Assembly (NCBI GenBank): GCA_964448285.1
Contig: CAYUWG010000006.1
Span: 13,715-77,714, forward strand
Direction of reading: 5' to 3'
DNA: 64,000 bases
From: an uncultured Chromatiales bacterium
GTDB lineage: Bacteria; Bacteroidota; Ignavibacteria; SZUA-365
Positions 34,790 through 44,513 of this stretch are shown in pieces. The notes under the pieces are model-generated. The model saw only the letters and a program-made list of their open reading frames with translations, was not told the DNA's origin and did no database searches. Each line of letters opens with the position of its first letter. Within the stretch, counting starts at the first letter, position 1. The position numbers and the translations under genes were made by a program.

Positions 34790-35355
34790 AAAGCATTCTC
34801 ACGGCATGCGTATTCTTATCGATTGCCGCGTTCGGACAATCGCCATCTGCAGTGGATTCTGTTTTCGCAAGGGATCTGTCGAATCCTTCTCTGCTTGTTC
34901 AGTTTTTTAACTTACCGAATTTTGATCCTTCGCATGAATTAGCACTCGGAGTGGCGATGTCGTTGTCAAAAAGCCAGGAATTGCACGTACTTATGCATTA
35001 CGGGTGGAGCCGGGATCCTATGCACTATGGCTTAGGCATACATTTAGGTTGGTACCAATACTTTCACGGTGACCACATTTCATCGCCGTATATCGGCGGA
35101 ATGATTTCTTCCATTTTTTATTACACGGAGTATTTCCGCCTTCCTATACAAAAAGCCCTTTCAACGGGTAAAGCAACCTATAGCAGTGGTCTCAGCGCCG
35201 GTATTCTGTTTTTTCCAGAATCGATATTCCAGCTATCTGTCGATTATTTGCTTCGCTACGATTACAGCGTTTACCCAGATTTCGAACGTCATTCGTTCGG
35301 TCACAGCGTTCGGTTTATTGGGAGGTTATCGCTGGCGAAACTGTTCCGTGAATGA
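34786..35355 (+). CDS. Small secreted/outer-membrane protein (distant third member)
   Basis: Signal peptide MKSILTACVFLSIAAFGQ. 4-bp overlap with paralog 2. Similarity to the other two is weak. Confidence 0.45.
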   Translation: MKSILTACVFLSIAAFGQSPSAVDSVFARDLSNPSLLVQFFNLPNFDPSHELALGVAMSLSKSQELHVLMHYGWSRDPMHYGLGIHLGWYQYFHGDHISSPYIGGMISSIFYYTEYFRLPIQKALSTGKATYSSGLSAGILFFPESIFQLSVDYLLRYDYSVYPDFERHSFGHSVRFIGRLSLAKLFRE

Positions 35356-35404
35356 GAGGAAATCATTCCACAGACAATGCATTCCTCTCATCGACAGAAA
35401 CACG

Positions 35405-35812
35405 TCACGCCTGCGGCATCGCGTTCATATCCATGTGGAAGATTTCCCAGATGTGTCCGTCAGGATCGGAGAAGGAACGGCCGTACATCCAGCCGTGGTC
35501 TTCCGGCTTGCGATGTTCATTCGCTCCGTGTTCTATAGCTTTTTGAATCAGGCCATCGACTTCGTCGCGGCTGGAGGCAGAGAGGGCTGTGATCACTTCC
35601 GCGTTCCGGGCCGTGTCGCACAGATCTCTGCGTGAAAAGGACTTGAAGAACGGTTCAACGAGAAGCATCACGAAGCTTTCTTCGGAGATGATCATACACG
35701 TCGCGTTCTCATCAGTGAATTGCGGATTGAACGTGAATCCCAGCGCCGTAAAGAAGGCAACGGATCTGTCGAGGTCTTTCACGGGGAGATTGATGAATGT
35801 CTGTCGTGCCAT
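35405..35812 (-). CDS. VOC/glyoxalase-family protein
   Basis: Only the C-terminal 135 aa of track ORF 35405..37057 (from MARQTFINLPVKDLDRSVAFF) look real: the glyoxalase-like fold pattern is present, the ATG is at 35812, and the rest of that ORF is antisense to phoD. Confidence 0.65.
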   Translation of the reverse strand: MARQTFINLPVKDLDRSVAFFTALGFTFNPQFTDENATCMIISEESFVMLLVEPFFKSFSRRDLCDTARNAEVITALSASSRDEVDGLIQKAIEHGANEHRKPEDHGWMYGRSFSDPDGHIWEIFHMDMNAMPQA

Positions 35813-35965
35813 ACCAGGCCTTTCGAAAGAAGTGGATGAAGGGTGAGCAAGCTTTCCGCACAACCTTAGCGAGTTGACGCGCGATTTGCAAAGTCGTCGA
35901 ATGTCGAGACGTGGAATCATCATCCTGTTTCGTATTGCCTCCCTTCGAACATATTTTGCAGCGCG

Positions 35966-37321
35966 ATGAATACACTTTCCGAAATACGCCCCTTCCCTCC
36001 CGTCCTTACTTTCATCCTCTTCGCCTCGATCAGCAGCCTTTGTTTCGCTCAGCAAGACCTGCTTCAATCCGGTCCGATGCTTGGGTATGCGGACTATCGT
36101 GAGGTGTTGCTGTGGGTGCAAACCAAAGCGGAAGCGAAGGTGCATTTCACTTACTACGAAATCGACAATCCGGCGAAAAGGTATCGCACCGCGGACTTCC
36201 CAACGAAGAAGAACGAAGGCTGCGTCGCCAAACTCGTCGCGGATCAGGTTGAGCCGGGAAAGCGATACTGGTACGATCTCTACATCAACAACAAGCTCGT
36301 GAAGCGACCATATCCGACGGAGTTTCAGACGCTCACTCTCTGGCAGTGGCGAACCGATCCACCGGAGTTCACCGTTGCGACGGGAAGCTGTTTCTATGTC
36401 AACGAGGAACAATACGACCGTCCCGGCACACCGTACGGAAGCGAATACGAGATTATGCAGGCGATTCACTCGAAGCGTCCCGAACTCATGCTCTGGCTCG
36501 GTGACAACACGTATTTGCGCGAAGTCGATTGGAACACGTGGACGGGCATCATCCGCCGATGGACGAACACGCGTTCGATTCCCGAGCTGCAGCCGCTGCT
36601 CGCCTCGACGCATCATTACATGATCTGGGACGATCACGATTACGGTCCGAACGATAGCGACCGCGGCTTCTGGAACAAGGAACAGACGCTTGCAGCCTTC
36701 AAGCTTTTTTCCGGGAATCCGAACTACGGCGTGCATGGGGCGGGAGGAATCGCCTCGCGTTTCGAATGGGGCGACGTGGAGTTTTTCCTGCTCGATAACC
36801 GATGGTTCCGTACACCGAACAGGCGGCTGACCGGCGAGCGGCACATACTCGGCAATAAACAGATTCACTGGATCATCGATGCACTTTCCACAAGCAGGGC
36901 GACGTTCAAGATCGTTGCCATCGGCGGGCAGGTGCTCAATACGGCAGCGGTCTATGAGAACTACGCCAACTACGAAGAGGAACGCACGGAATTCCTGGAC
37001 GCAATCAAGAAGAACGGTATCCAGGGCGTCTTCTTCATCGATGGCGACAGGCATCACACCGAGCTTACCATGATGCCGCGCGAGGAAACCTATCCGCTGT
37101 ACGATCTTACGGTCTCATCCCTTACCGCAGGCGTCAACACGAAATCCGGAGATGAAGCCAACACGCTGCGCGTTCAGGGGACCCACGTGATGAAGCACAA
37201 CTTCGCGACGCTGAAATTCAGCGGTCCACGCAAGGAGCGCGTGATGACGATTACGATTTTCGATAAAGACGGCAACGAAATCTGGACGCGAAGAATCACG
37301 GCGAAAGAACTCGGCAGTTGA
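35966..37321 (+). CDS. phoD: PhoD-like alkaline phosphatase/phosphodiesterase
   Basis: Signal peptide. Metallophosphatase motifs LWLGDNTY, WDDHDYGPND, FLLDNRW and DGDRHHTEL. Confidence 0.85.
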   Translation: MNTLSEIRPFPPVLTFILFASISSLCFAQQDLLQSGPMLGYADYREVLLWVQTKAEAKVHFTYYEIDNPAKRYRTADFPTKKNEGCVAKLVADQVEPGKRYWYDLYINNKLVKRPYPTEFQTLTLWQWRTDPPEFTVATGSCFYVNEEQYDRPGTPYGSEYEIMQAIHSKRPELMLWLGDNTYLREVDWNTWTGIIRRWTNTRSIPELQPLLASTHHYMIWDDHDYGPNDSDRGFWNKEQTLAAFKLFSGNPNYGVHGAGGIASRFEWGDVEFFLLDNRWFRTPNRRLTGERHILGNKQIHWIIDALSTSRATFKIVAIGGQVLNTAAVYENYANYEEERTEFLDAIKKNGIQGVFFIDGDRHHTELTMMPREETYPLYDLTVSSLTAGVNTKSGDEANTLRVQGTHVMKHNFATLKFSGPRKERVMTITIFDKDGNEIWTRRITAKELGS

Positions 37322-37397
37322 GATTCGATTGCCTGAGAGCGTTGGCAGGGCTACATTCGCTGACGGCGGCAATCCAAACGAGCCGTCGCCCCACCAC

Positions 37398-38009
37398 ATG
37401 AAATCCCGGCATTTTATCCTTCTCTCCCTCATTGCACTTCCGTTCATGATGTCGTTCGGGCAGCAGCAGCAGCAACCGATGAAGTTCATCATCGAAAAGA
37501 AGGAAGTGTATAGCCGTTATCTCCTCGGTGCCGAAGGACACTTGTTCGTTGCGGATCCCATCACGTCAGTCTCCACGATCGAAGCATATCCCGGACTTTC
37601 GTTCATGGGAGAGTATGCACTCGATAACGTGTTCGACCGCGCCGATTGGTTTTTCCGCAGCAGGATCGGCGGCTCGCATAAGTTCGTCTATGGGGAAATC
37701 GGAACGCGCTTCGGCCAGGGTCTTTTCGGCTCAGTATCTGCAACGTACCTTCACCACTTCGAACAGGAGCGCGTTCTGCAGAGAGACGATACTTCGAAGG
37801 TGGTCTTTTATTCGAAAAAAGTTCTGCACAATCTCTATTTGTCACTCGGTTTGGGTTTCTCACTCGAAGACATCTCGATAGAAGCGTCGTATCGCACACC
37901 CGTCGAGAACACGCTTGAAGTCGTGAAGACGAACGTGTACGAAGGATCACCGCGTTTCGGCGTGTGGCGCCATGCGTATGTCACGGTAACGTTCTGGCTC
38001 GTGCTGTAA
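37398..38009 (+). CDS. Hypothetical outer-membrane beta-barrel-like protein
   Basis: Start at internal ATG 37398 (MKSRHFILLSLIALPFMMSFGQQQQQ signal). Ends ...VTVTFWLVL (aromatic C-terminus). Confidence 0.45.
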   Translation: MKSRHFILLSLIALPFMMSFGQQQQQPMKFIIEKKEVYSRYLLGAEGHLFVADPITSVSTIEAYPGLSFMGEYALDNVFDRADWFFRSRIGGSHKFVYGEIGTRFGQGLFGSVSATYLHHFEQERVLQRDDTSKVVFYSKKVLHNLYLSLGLGFSLEDISIEASYRTPVENTLEVVKTNVYEGSPRFGVWRHAYVTVTFWLVL

Positions 38010-38044
38010 AGGAAGCAGCGTCGCCTGCGTTGCGATGATTCGGG

Positions 38045-38275
38045 TTATGCTTTCGGTTGAATGGGAGGCAATGCACGCGCTTTCGATTCGTCGTCGAATC
38101 CGATCTCGCGGTGTGTGCTGTCGCAGAAGGGAGCATTCTTCGTGTGTCCGCATCGACAGAGTTTTATCACTTCGCGTCCGCCGAGGTCGTAGCGGTTTCC
38201 CTCCGCGTCGTAGAGTTCGAAATCTCCTTCGATTTTCACGGAGCCTTTCGGATTTATGGTAAGTCTTGCAGTCAT
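38045..38275 (-). CDS. CDGSH-type iron-sulfur domain protein
   Basis: 76 aa from ATG 38275. CRCGHTKNAPFCDSTH matches the CDGSH motif C-x-C-x2-(S/T)-x3-P-x-C-D-(G/S)-(S/T)-H. The longer track ORF 38045..38734 is read-through in another gene's shadow. Confidence 0.65.
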   Translation of the reverse strand: MTARLTINPKGSVKIEGDFELYDAEGNRYDLGGREVIKLCRCGHTKNAPFCDSTHREIGFDDESKARALPPIQPKA

Positions 38276-38844
38276 ATCTCTCGAAATCGTTTGATGAAGT
38301 TTCTGTCCCGTTTCCCGTCGTGCCTGTGTTTTGCGATGAGCTTCAGTGCGATTCCCGGAGGCTGCTTTGCGAATGCATCGTACTTGCGAAGCGGTTTCTT
38401 TCCCAACTCGACGAACGATTCCACGACGTCGGCGAGAAGGATGACGCGGTCTCCGCTGTCCATGCTGTTCACGGTGAGGCATTCGCTCCAACCGCACGTG
38501 CCGGGGAGGACGGGCAATCCACTCGGTGATCGTTCGAGCGCGATGCCTTCGAACTTGTTTCGATCGCGACCGGAGTTCAATCCGAAAAGCGGAAGCCACT
38601 CGTATTGATCTTCCGCGAGCATGTTCGCGACAAAGCGTCCGCTCTTCCGGATAAGCTCGAACGTGTAATTCATCGGTGAAAAAACCGCGACGACGCGCGG
38701 GAGATCGGGTACGAGCGTCGCCGGCATGAGCCACGTCGCAACGAAACCGCTTTCCTGTTCCCCATCTTTCGCCGTAATGACGAAAACCTCATGATTGGTC
38801 AGTGAAAAGACGGAGCCGGGATAGACGAGCGATTCTCCCGACAC
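38272..38844 (-). CDS. Flavin reductase-like (FMN-binding split-barrel) protein
   Basis: 190 aa. Conserved flavin-reductase-domain pattern (GFVATW...P...V...). 4-bp overlap with the CDGSH gene. Confidence 0.6.
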   Translation of the reverse strand: MSGESLVYPGSVFSLTNHEVFVITAKDGEQESGFVATWLMPATLVPDLPRVVAVFSPMNYTFELIRKSGRFVANMLAEDQYEWLPLFGLNSGRDRNKFEGIALERSPSGLPVLPGTCGWSECLTVNSMDSGDRVILLADVVESFVELGKKPLRKYDAFAKQPPGIALKLIAKHRHDGKRDRNFIKRFREI

Positions 38845-38845
38845 G

Positions 38846-39181
38846 CTACTCTTCCTTCAAGTCGATCGCTCGGCCGACTTTTTCAGAGATCATTTTATTC
38901 AACGATGCGATGAGCGGCACCTCGGTCGTTTCGTTGAACCACTCCTCTTCAACGTCGTCGTAGTAAAACCGATGGATCGTCCCCGTTGTATGTTCCAATT
39001 GAATGCGACGCTCGGCGGTGTCGCGCTTCATGACGATGCGGGACACGTCCTCGAATTCAATAACGCAGTTTCCACCGTGAGCGGTGACTTCCACGTGATT
39101 GATGGCTAATTCATCGATACGCCGCTCGATAAATTCGTAGGTCTCTTCAACCGTGATTTCAAAATCTGTATGATCGAGCAT
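38846..39181 (-). CDS. Frataxin/CyaY-like iron-binding protein
   Basis: 111 aa from ATG 39181 (MLDHTDFEITVEETYEFIERRIDEL...). Acidic helix then beta-sheet, CyaY-like in length and pattern. The track start at 39295 adds a 38-aa non-conserved extension. Confidence 0.5.
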   Translation of the reverse strand: MLDHTDFEITVEETYEFIERRIDELAINHVEVTAHGGNCVIEFEDVSRIVMKRDTAERRIQLEHTTGTIHRFYYDDVEEEWFNETTEVPLIASLNKMISEKVGRAIDLKEE

Positions 39182-39455
39182 AGAAGGAATGGTTGGTTCG
39201 ACAAAAAACATGGAGCAAAATACGGCTCGGGTGAAGGATGGACAAAGATCGTGACCCTGAGCTATTTCAAATACCCGTGCACGGTATCGCGACAAACGAA
39301 GGCGAGACGGGATTCAACGCCATGCCAATGCTTCCGCGTGCATTACAGAAAGGAATCATCGACCTGCATCCTGCGGCATATCCGAAAATCTCACGGGAGA
39401 TTTCTTTCTCTCGTGTTTTTCTCCATCTTGCTTCCATCAATACGGAGGATCATCC

Positions 39456-40316
39456 ATGAGAAATTCCTTTCACATAGAGCCGCGCACGAAGGTCTCGCTC
39501 AAGAAATTCGATACGGCTTTCACCGGGGAGTATTCCAGCAAACAGGACGCGAAGGAAAAGCTTGAACAATCCGTCAAGAAGCTCGCGGGGATGCAGGATA
39601 TTCTCTATGCGAGCGATACTTACGGCTTGCTGCTGATCTTTCAGGCAATGGACGCTGCAGGAAAAGACAGCACGATCAAGCATGTCATGTCCGGAGTCAA
39701 TCCACAGGGTTGCCAGGTGTTCAGCTTCAAAACGCCGAGCGCGGAAGAACAGGACCATGACTTTCTCTGGCGATACATGAAAGCGCTGCCGGAGCGTGGC
39801 CGCATCGGCATATTCAATCGCTCCTATTATGAGGACGTCCTGATCGTTCGCGTGCACGATGCCATCCGCGAGAAACTGAAACTCCCCGCATCGGCGATGA
39901 CGGAGGACATGTGGAAGCGTCGCTTCGAAGACATAAACAACCTCGAACGCTACCTTACGCGCAACGGCATCATCATTCTGAAATTTTTCCTGCACGTCTC
40001 CAAGGGGGAGCAGAAGAAGCGTTTCCTCAAACGCATCAACACGCCGGAGAAGAACTGGAAGTTCTCGTTGCAGGACGTTCGTGAACGTCAGCATTGGGAC
40101 AAGTACATGTATACATACGAAGAAGTCCTAGCCCATACGAGCACGGAGTATGCGCCGTGGTACGTGATCCCGGCAGACCATAAGTGGTTCACGCGCGTTG
40201 CCGTTTCTGAAATCATTCTCTCGCGTCTCGAATCGCTCGATCTTCAATACCCGGTCGTGAGTGATGAACACAAACGCGAACTCGAAGAAGCGCGCATCGC
40301 ATTGGAAAGCGAGTGA
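39456..40316 (+). CDS. ppk2: Polyphosphate kinase 2 family (polyphosphate:nucleotide phosphotransferase)
   Basis: FQAMDAAGKDSTI (Walker A), FNRSYYEDVL and lid motifs typical of PPK2. 286 aa. Confidence 0.85.
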   Translation: MRNSFHIEPRTKVSLKKFDTAFTGEYSSKQDAKEKLEQSVKKLAGMQDILYASDTYGLLLIFQAMDAAGKDSTIKHVMSGVNPQGCQVFSFKTPSAEEQDHDFLWRYMKALPERGRIGIFNRSYYEDVLIVRVHDAIREKLKLPASAMTEDMWKRRFEDINNLERYLTRNGIIILKFFLHVSKGEQKKRFLKRINTPEKNWKFSLQDVRERQHWDKYMYTYEEVLAHTSTEYAPWYVIPADHKWFTRVAVSEIILSRLESLDLQYPVVSDEHKRELEEARIALESE

Positions 40317-40322
40317 CGCACG

Positions 40323-41072
40323 TTACGCTTTTCTGAGAGCGAAAAGCACGTCGGTGTTCTCCACGTCGATCCTTTGAAATGAAACTGCACGGACGACAAC
40401 CTGAAACACGCGCCATATTTGCCGCAATACCACGTTTCGCTCTTCCACCCAATCGACAAACTCGTTGCGATACGTTTCCAGCATGAGAATGTCTGCCTGA
40501 TGAAGTCCGGCCCAGCGTTCCAACGCCGCCGGCGCGATGCCTGACCGATGATAGGTACGAAACGGTGCCCGGTCATTTCTCCCCGCATCGCGATCGCGAA
40601 GAATGCGGCGATACACCCACACGTGGAATGCATGCGGTGTGAAGCGCGTAATCAATCCCTTGAGTGAGCGCACGTGCGGAAGCGCAAGAATCATCATTCC
40701 ACCGGTGCGAAGCGCGGCAAACAGATTCTCCAACGCTTGTTCAGGCGCGCGAAGGTGTTCGAGAACGTCCCAGCATACGATTGCGTGGAATGTGCCTTCC
40801 GCGAAGCGATGCTTCTGAATATCCGCACAGATTTTTTCCTGAATGAACGGATTGCGATCCAACTGTGATTGCGAAATATCGATTCCGGTAACGCGGGCGT
40901 CGCGAGGAAACGAAAGGTGGCTCAACGAACCGCATCCCGCTTCGAGTATGCGTGGATCATCGACGCCTTCGAGGGCTTCGTCGAGGTATCGCTGAAGACT
41001 TTCTATCCGCGTGCTCATCGAATGGAAACTACGGGATAAACGCATAACAGTGTAAGGCTCTCTCCGGCTCAT
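40323..41072 (-). CDS. Class I SAM-dependent methyltransferase
   Basis: ILEAGCGSLSHL (motif I), VTGIDIS and CWDVLEHL (motif II/III region). Confidence 0.75.
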   Translation of the reverse strand: MSRREPYTVMRLSRSFHSMSTRIESLQRYLDEALEGVDDPRILEAGCGSLSHLSFPRDARVTGIDISQSQLDRNPFIQEKICADIQKHRFAEGTFHAIVCWDVLEHLRAPEQALENLFAALRTGGMMILALPHVRSLKGLITRFTPHAFHVWVYRRILRDRDAGRNDRAPFRTYHRSGIAPAALERWAGLHQADILMLETYRNEFVDWVEERNVVLRQIWRVFQVVVRAVSFQRIDVENTDVLFALRKA

Positions 41073-41120
41073 TTCGTAGCTTTCACGCGATGAATCACTC
41101 CCGAATAAATGGAAACTTTC

Positions 41121-42419
41121 ATGTCAACCCTTCAACAATCAGATCCCGAACTTCACCAGATCATTCAGAATGAAATCGAACGGCAGGTAACCAAACTCCA
41201 GCTTATCGCCTCCGAGAACTACGCTTCGCCTGCGGTGATGGAAGCCGCCGGCAGCGTCATGACGAACAAATACGCGGAAGGCTATCCCGGCAAGCGCTAC
41301 TACGGAGGCTGTGAGTTCGTCGATGATGCGGAGGAGCTTGCACGCAAGCGCCTGCGGCAGCTCTTCGGTGCGGAGTACGTGAACGTTCAACCCCACTCAG
41401 GCGCGACGGCAAATCAGGCCGTGTATTTCGCTTACCTCAAGCCGGGCGACAAAGTGCTCGGCATGGACTTAGCGCACGGCGGACACCTCACACACGGTTC
41501 ACCGGTCAACTTCAGCGGACAGTTGTACTCCATCATCCCATATGGCGTGAAGAAGGAAACCGGCACGATCGACTACGACGAACTTGAAGCGATCGCGCTT
41601 CGCGAGAGACCGAAGATGATCATCGCCGGCGCAAGCTCGTATCCGCGCAACATCGACTATGCTCGCTTTCGCGCGATCGCGGAAAAGGTCGGCGCGTTTC
41701 TCTGGGCGGATATCGCACATCCCGCGGCGCTCATTGCCACCGGACTCCTCGACGATCCGATGCCGCATTGCCACGTCGTCACATCAACGACGCACAAGAC
41801 CCTTCGCGGTCCCCGAGGAGGCGTCATCATGATGCAGAAGGACGCGGAGAATCCGTTCGGCATCGTCATGGCGAAGAGCGGCCGAACGAAAATGATGTCG
41901 GAAATTCTCGACAGCACCGTGATGCCCGGCGTGCAAGGCGGGCCGCTCATGCACATCATCGCTGCGAAGGCCGTTGCGTTCAATGAAGCATTACAGCCGA
42001 CGTTTGCGAACTATGCGCGGCAAGTGAAGAACAATGCGGCAAACCTCGGTGAACTGCTCGTTGAAAAAGGATTCAATCTCATTTCGAACGGCACCGACAA
42101 TCACCTGATGCTCATCGATCTTCACAACAAGAACGTCACGGGAAAAGAAGCTGAACAGGCTTTGGAACGCGCCGGAATCACGCTCAACAAGAACATGGTT
42201 CCCTTCGACGACCGTTCGCCGTTCGTCACGAGCGGGATTCGTCTCGGAACGGCAGCCATCACGACACGCGGTTTTCGGGAGAAGGACATGGTTTTCATTG
42301 CCCGGCAGATCGATACGGTGATCAGCAATATTTCCGATGAGGCAACGCTCGACCGCGTACGCGGCGAAGTGAAAGCATATTGCGAGCAGTTTCCGCTATA
42401 TACAGAACTGCACGATTGA
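41121..42419 (+). CDS. glyA: Serine hydroxymethyltransferase
   Basis: [38 protein letters not shown] and PLP-lysine region [14 protein letters not shown]. Start taken as MSTLQQ at 41121. Confidence 0.9.
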   Translation: MSTLQQSDPELHQIIQNEIERQVTKLQLIASENYASPAVMEAAGSVMTNKYAEGYPGKRYYGGCEFVDDAEELARKRLRQLFGAEYVNVQPHSGATANQAVYFAYLKPGDKVLGMDLAHGGHLTHGSPVNFSGQLYSIIPYGVKKETGTIDYDELEAIALRERPKMIIAGASSYPRNIDYARFRAIAEKVGAFLWADIAHPAALIATGLLDDPMPHCHVVTSTTHKTLRGPRGGVIMMQKDAENPFGIVMAKSGRTKMMSEILDSTVMPGVQGGPLMHIIAAKAVAFNEALQPTFANYARQVKNNAANLGELLVEKGFNLISNGTDNHLMLIDLHNKNVTGKEAEQALERAGITLNKNMVPFDDRSPFVTSGIRLGTAAITTRGFREKDMVFIARQIDTVISNISDEATLDRVRGEVKAYCEQFPLYTELHD

Positions 42420-42432
42420 GTGAGGGAATGAA

Positions 42433-42479
42433 AACTGCTGAATCACATTGTGATATGCATGAGGATTTGAATCAGCAGA
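42433..42479. terminator. Imperfect stem-loop between convergent genes (11-bp arms, one mismatch); possible bidirectional terminator
   Basis: CTGCTGAATCA at 42435-42445 pairs with TGAATCAGCAG at 42469-42479. No strong T-tract. Confidence 0.3.
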
Positions 42480-42846
42480 GCTCTTTCACTGTGGAAAGAC
42501 ATTCGACTGCTTTGCTGGCGATATTCCGTGGTGTGTCATAATCGTTATAGCGAGCTTTCTTCGATTCGTTCATGAGGAATCGATACGATTCGTACGCAGG
42601 CCTAAGGTGTTGAAAGACGAGTGTCAGGAGTAGTTGGTGTTTATCCTGACGAAAGTGCGAATTGAGCGCACAATACTCTTCGAAATTTCGATAGACTTGA
42701 TCTCCGAGCGATAATGGGAAAAGTCTGCTTCGAACGTAATGGAGCGCTGAATAGAACGCTGTCGTCACAACCCAGTCAGGCCATCTTCCATTATCATGCA
42801 GGAATGAACAGATGGCTTCATTGCGTTCAGCCCGAATCTTGCTCAT
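42472..42846 (-). CDS. Hypothetical protein
   Basis: 124-aa ORF overlapping the next by 4 bp. No family recognised. Confidence 0.4.
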   Translation of the reverse strand: MSKIRAERNEAICSFLHDNGRWPDWVVTTAFYSALHYVRSRLFPLSLGDQVYRNFEEYCALNSHFRQDKHQLLLTLVFQHLRPAYESYRFLMNESKKARYNDYDTPRNIASKAVECLSTVKELC

Positions 42847-43352
42847 TTCCCAAGAAATGTATGGTAACGTAAATAGCCGTCAGCCTTCAGTAAATCCTCG
42901 TTGAAATTCTCACCGACGTATGAGAACGAGAAGTGAATCATGTACTCCGGAGTGCGCCATTCATTTTCACGCTCTCCAACGTAATCGTAAACTCCTTCGA
43001 ATTGGCGTCCAGCGTATTCCTCCGGCGGAAGAAGTACGAGTACCTCAGGTGCATCGAAGCGTGCTTCGTTCAATCGCGCAGAGATAGGATGAAGTCCTTT
43101 TTGAATGAGCCACTTAAGAATGGTGTGAGTATGTGCCGCAGCTTTTGTGATGTTTTCTTCTCGCTTTCTCGCGAACCATTCCTGCGCAGCTGCAAACGCA
43201 CTTTCAATTCCAGTCGTTACCCCTGCTTTCCATGCACTGATCATCTGGTTTGGACTGTATCGTTCGTCTCCGGGTTCAGGATCTGACCAGTCTATTGGAT
43301 CGACATTCGGGCGAATTTTTCCTTCAAAGATTTTCGAACCAGATGTGCTCAC
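42843..43352 (-). CDS. Hypothetical protein
   Basis: 169-aa ORF, first gene of a two-gene overlapped pair. Confidence 0.4.
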   Translation of the reverse strand: MSTSGSKIFEGKIRPNVDPIDWSDPEPGDERYSPNQMISAWKAGVTTGIESAFAAAQEWFARKREENITKAAAHTHTILKWLIQKGLHPISARLNEARFDAPEVLVLLPPEEYAGRQFEGVYDYVGERENEWRTPEYMIHFSFSYVGENFNEDLLKADGYLRYHTFLGK

Positions 43353-43459
43353 TTCATTCTCCTTTCAAAGGTGCATGGCAATCTACACGTGCTTTCATCG
43401 CCACGCAATTGAAAATTGCATTCGCTGCGTCTCGCTATCCTATCAATTGACAGGATATC

Positions 43460-43855
43460 TCACCCTTTCTGCGGCTTCAGTGACCGCAGCATCAATCCGC
43501 ACCCTGCTGCGATCATGCCGAGCATGAGCAGCGTGATGATGAGATTCGTCGGCAGGAAGAAGAACGTCAGGTTCGTGATGATTCCGATGAGGATGATGAG
43601 AAAGCTGCCGACTGCGAGTATCCAGCCGGCGATGGACTTTCCGTTGAAGAACAGCAGCGCGACTCCGAGCATCAGCGGAATGAGAGCGACGCCGAATGCA
43701 TTGAAACCGAGTATCGTCCAGAGATTCGAAAAGACGATGATGCGGCTGAGAAAGAGATACAGCCCAAGCACGAAGAGAGCGAGGCCGAGGAAAAACTGTC
43801 CGATGCCCCCGCTCGTCCCGCCGGCGCCTTTGAACGCACGCTCATCATTTGCCAT
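43460..43855 (-). CDS. Hypothetical small membrane protein
   Basis: Start at MANDERAFKG (43855). 3-4 TM helices. 8 bp downstream of the response regulator stop. Confidence 0.45.
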   Translation of the reverse strand: MANDERAFKGAGGTSGGIGQFFLGLALFVLGLYLFLSRIIVFSNLWTILGFNAFGVALIPLMLGVALLFFNGKSIAGWILAVGSFLIILIGIITNLTFFFLPTNLIITLLMLGMIAAGCGLMLRSLKPQKG

Positions 43856-44513
43856 GAATACCTCCTGAGGTTGCACGCGCACGCGGCTGCGATGAAAGCC
43901 AGGTGATGATCTCGGACTTCGAGTGCACGTGGAGTTTTTGATAGATGTTTTTTACATGGGATTGAACGGTGCCAAGCGAAATGGAGAGCGCATCGGCGAT
44001 GGCTCTGTACGATTTCCCTTCACCGAGAAGCGCAAGGAGCTCCGATTCTCTCTCGGACAACTCGTCGCTCGGATGGGCCGCCGGTTTCGGTCGGAACATC
44101 GAGAGAACGCGACGGGCAACTTTCGGCGTCATCGGCGCTCCGCCATCATACACTTCGTGGATCGCCGCGAGGATTTCATCGAGAGGTGTGCTCTTGAGGA
44201 TGTAGCCGCACGCACCGGCTCGCAGAGATTGAAAGATATTGTCGTCATCCTCATACACCGTGCACATAAGCACGTCTAAATCCGGGAAACGCTTCTTCAA
44301 TTCCACGACGCCTTCGATGCCCGACATCATCGGAAGATTGATGTCCATCACGACGAGGTCGGGAGCTTCCTTCATTACATCGAGAAGGGAAGGGACATTG
44401 GCGTATGCCCCCGTAACGCACAGCGAAGAATCAGATTCGATGGCGAGTCGAAGAGTCTCGCGATAGTCCGCGATATCCTCGACGATGACGACAGCTATTC
44501 CGTCGCGCTTCAT
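43845..44513 (-). CDS. LuxR/NarL-family response regulator (REC + HTH)
   Basis: 222 aa from ATG 44513. REC domain with VVIVEDIADYRE and phospho-acceptor region LVVMDINLP. C-terminal LuxR HTH ESELLALLGEGKSYRAIADALSISLGTVQSHVKNIYQKL. The rest of track ORF 43845..45032 is shadow. Confidence 0.85.
   Translation of the reverse strand: MKRDGIAVVIVEDIADYRETLRLAIESDSSLCVTGAYANVPSLLDVMKEAPDLVVMDINLPMMSGIEGVVELKKRFPDLDVLMCTVYEDDDNIFQSLRAGACGYILKSTPLDEILAAIHEVYDGGAPMTPKVARRVLSMFRPKPAAHPSDELSERESELLALLGEGKSYRAIADALSISLGTVQSHVKNIYQKLHVHSKSEIITWLSSQPRARATSGGIHGK

Noticed and set aside
35813-37057. Upstream 415 aa of the 550-aa minus-strand ORF 35405..37057
   Set aside because: Antisense to the PhoD-like phosphatase (metallophosphatase motifs on plus strand). 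Only the last 135 codons (VOC/glyoxalase) were kept.
37453-37475. CAG-repeat runs (GCAGCAGCAGCAGCAA at ~37460 and CAACAACAACAACAG at ~57635)
   Set aside because: They encode poly-Gln stretches immediately after signal peptides of secreted proteins. Too short and in-frame to call as a repeat element or contingency locus.
38276-38734. N-terminal extension of ORF 38045..38734
   Set aside because: Arg/His-rich read-through in an alternative frame of the flavin reductase gene. Only the 76-aa CDGSH protein is supported.
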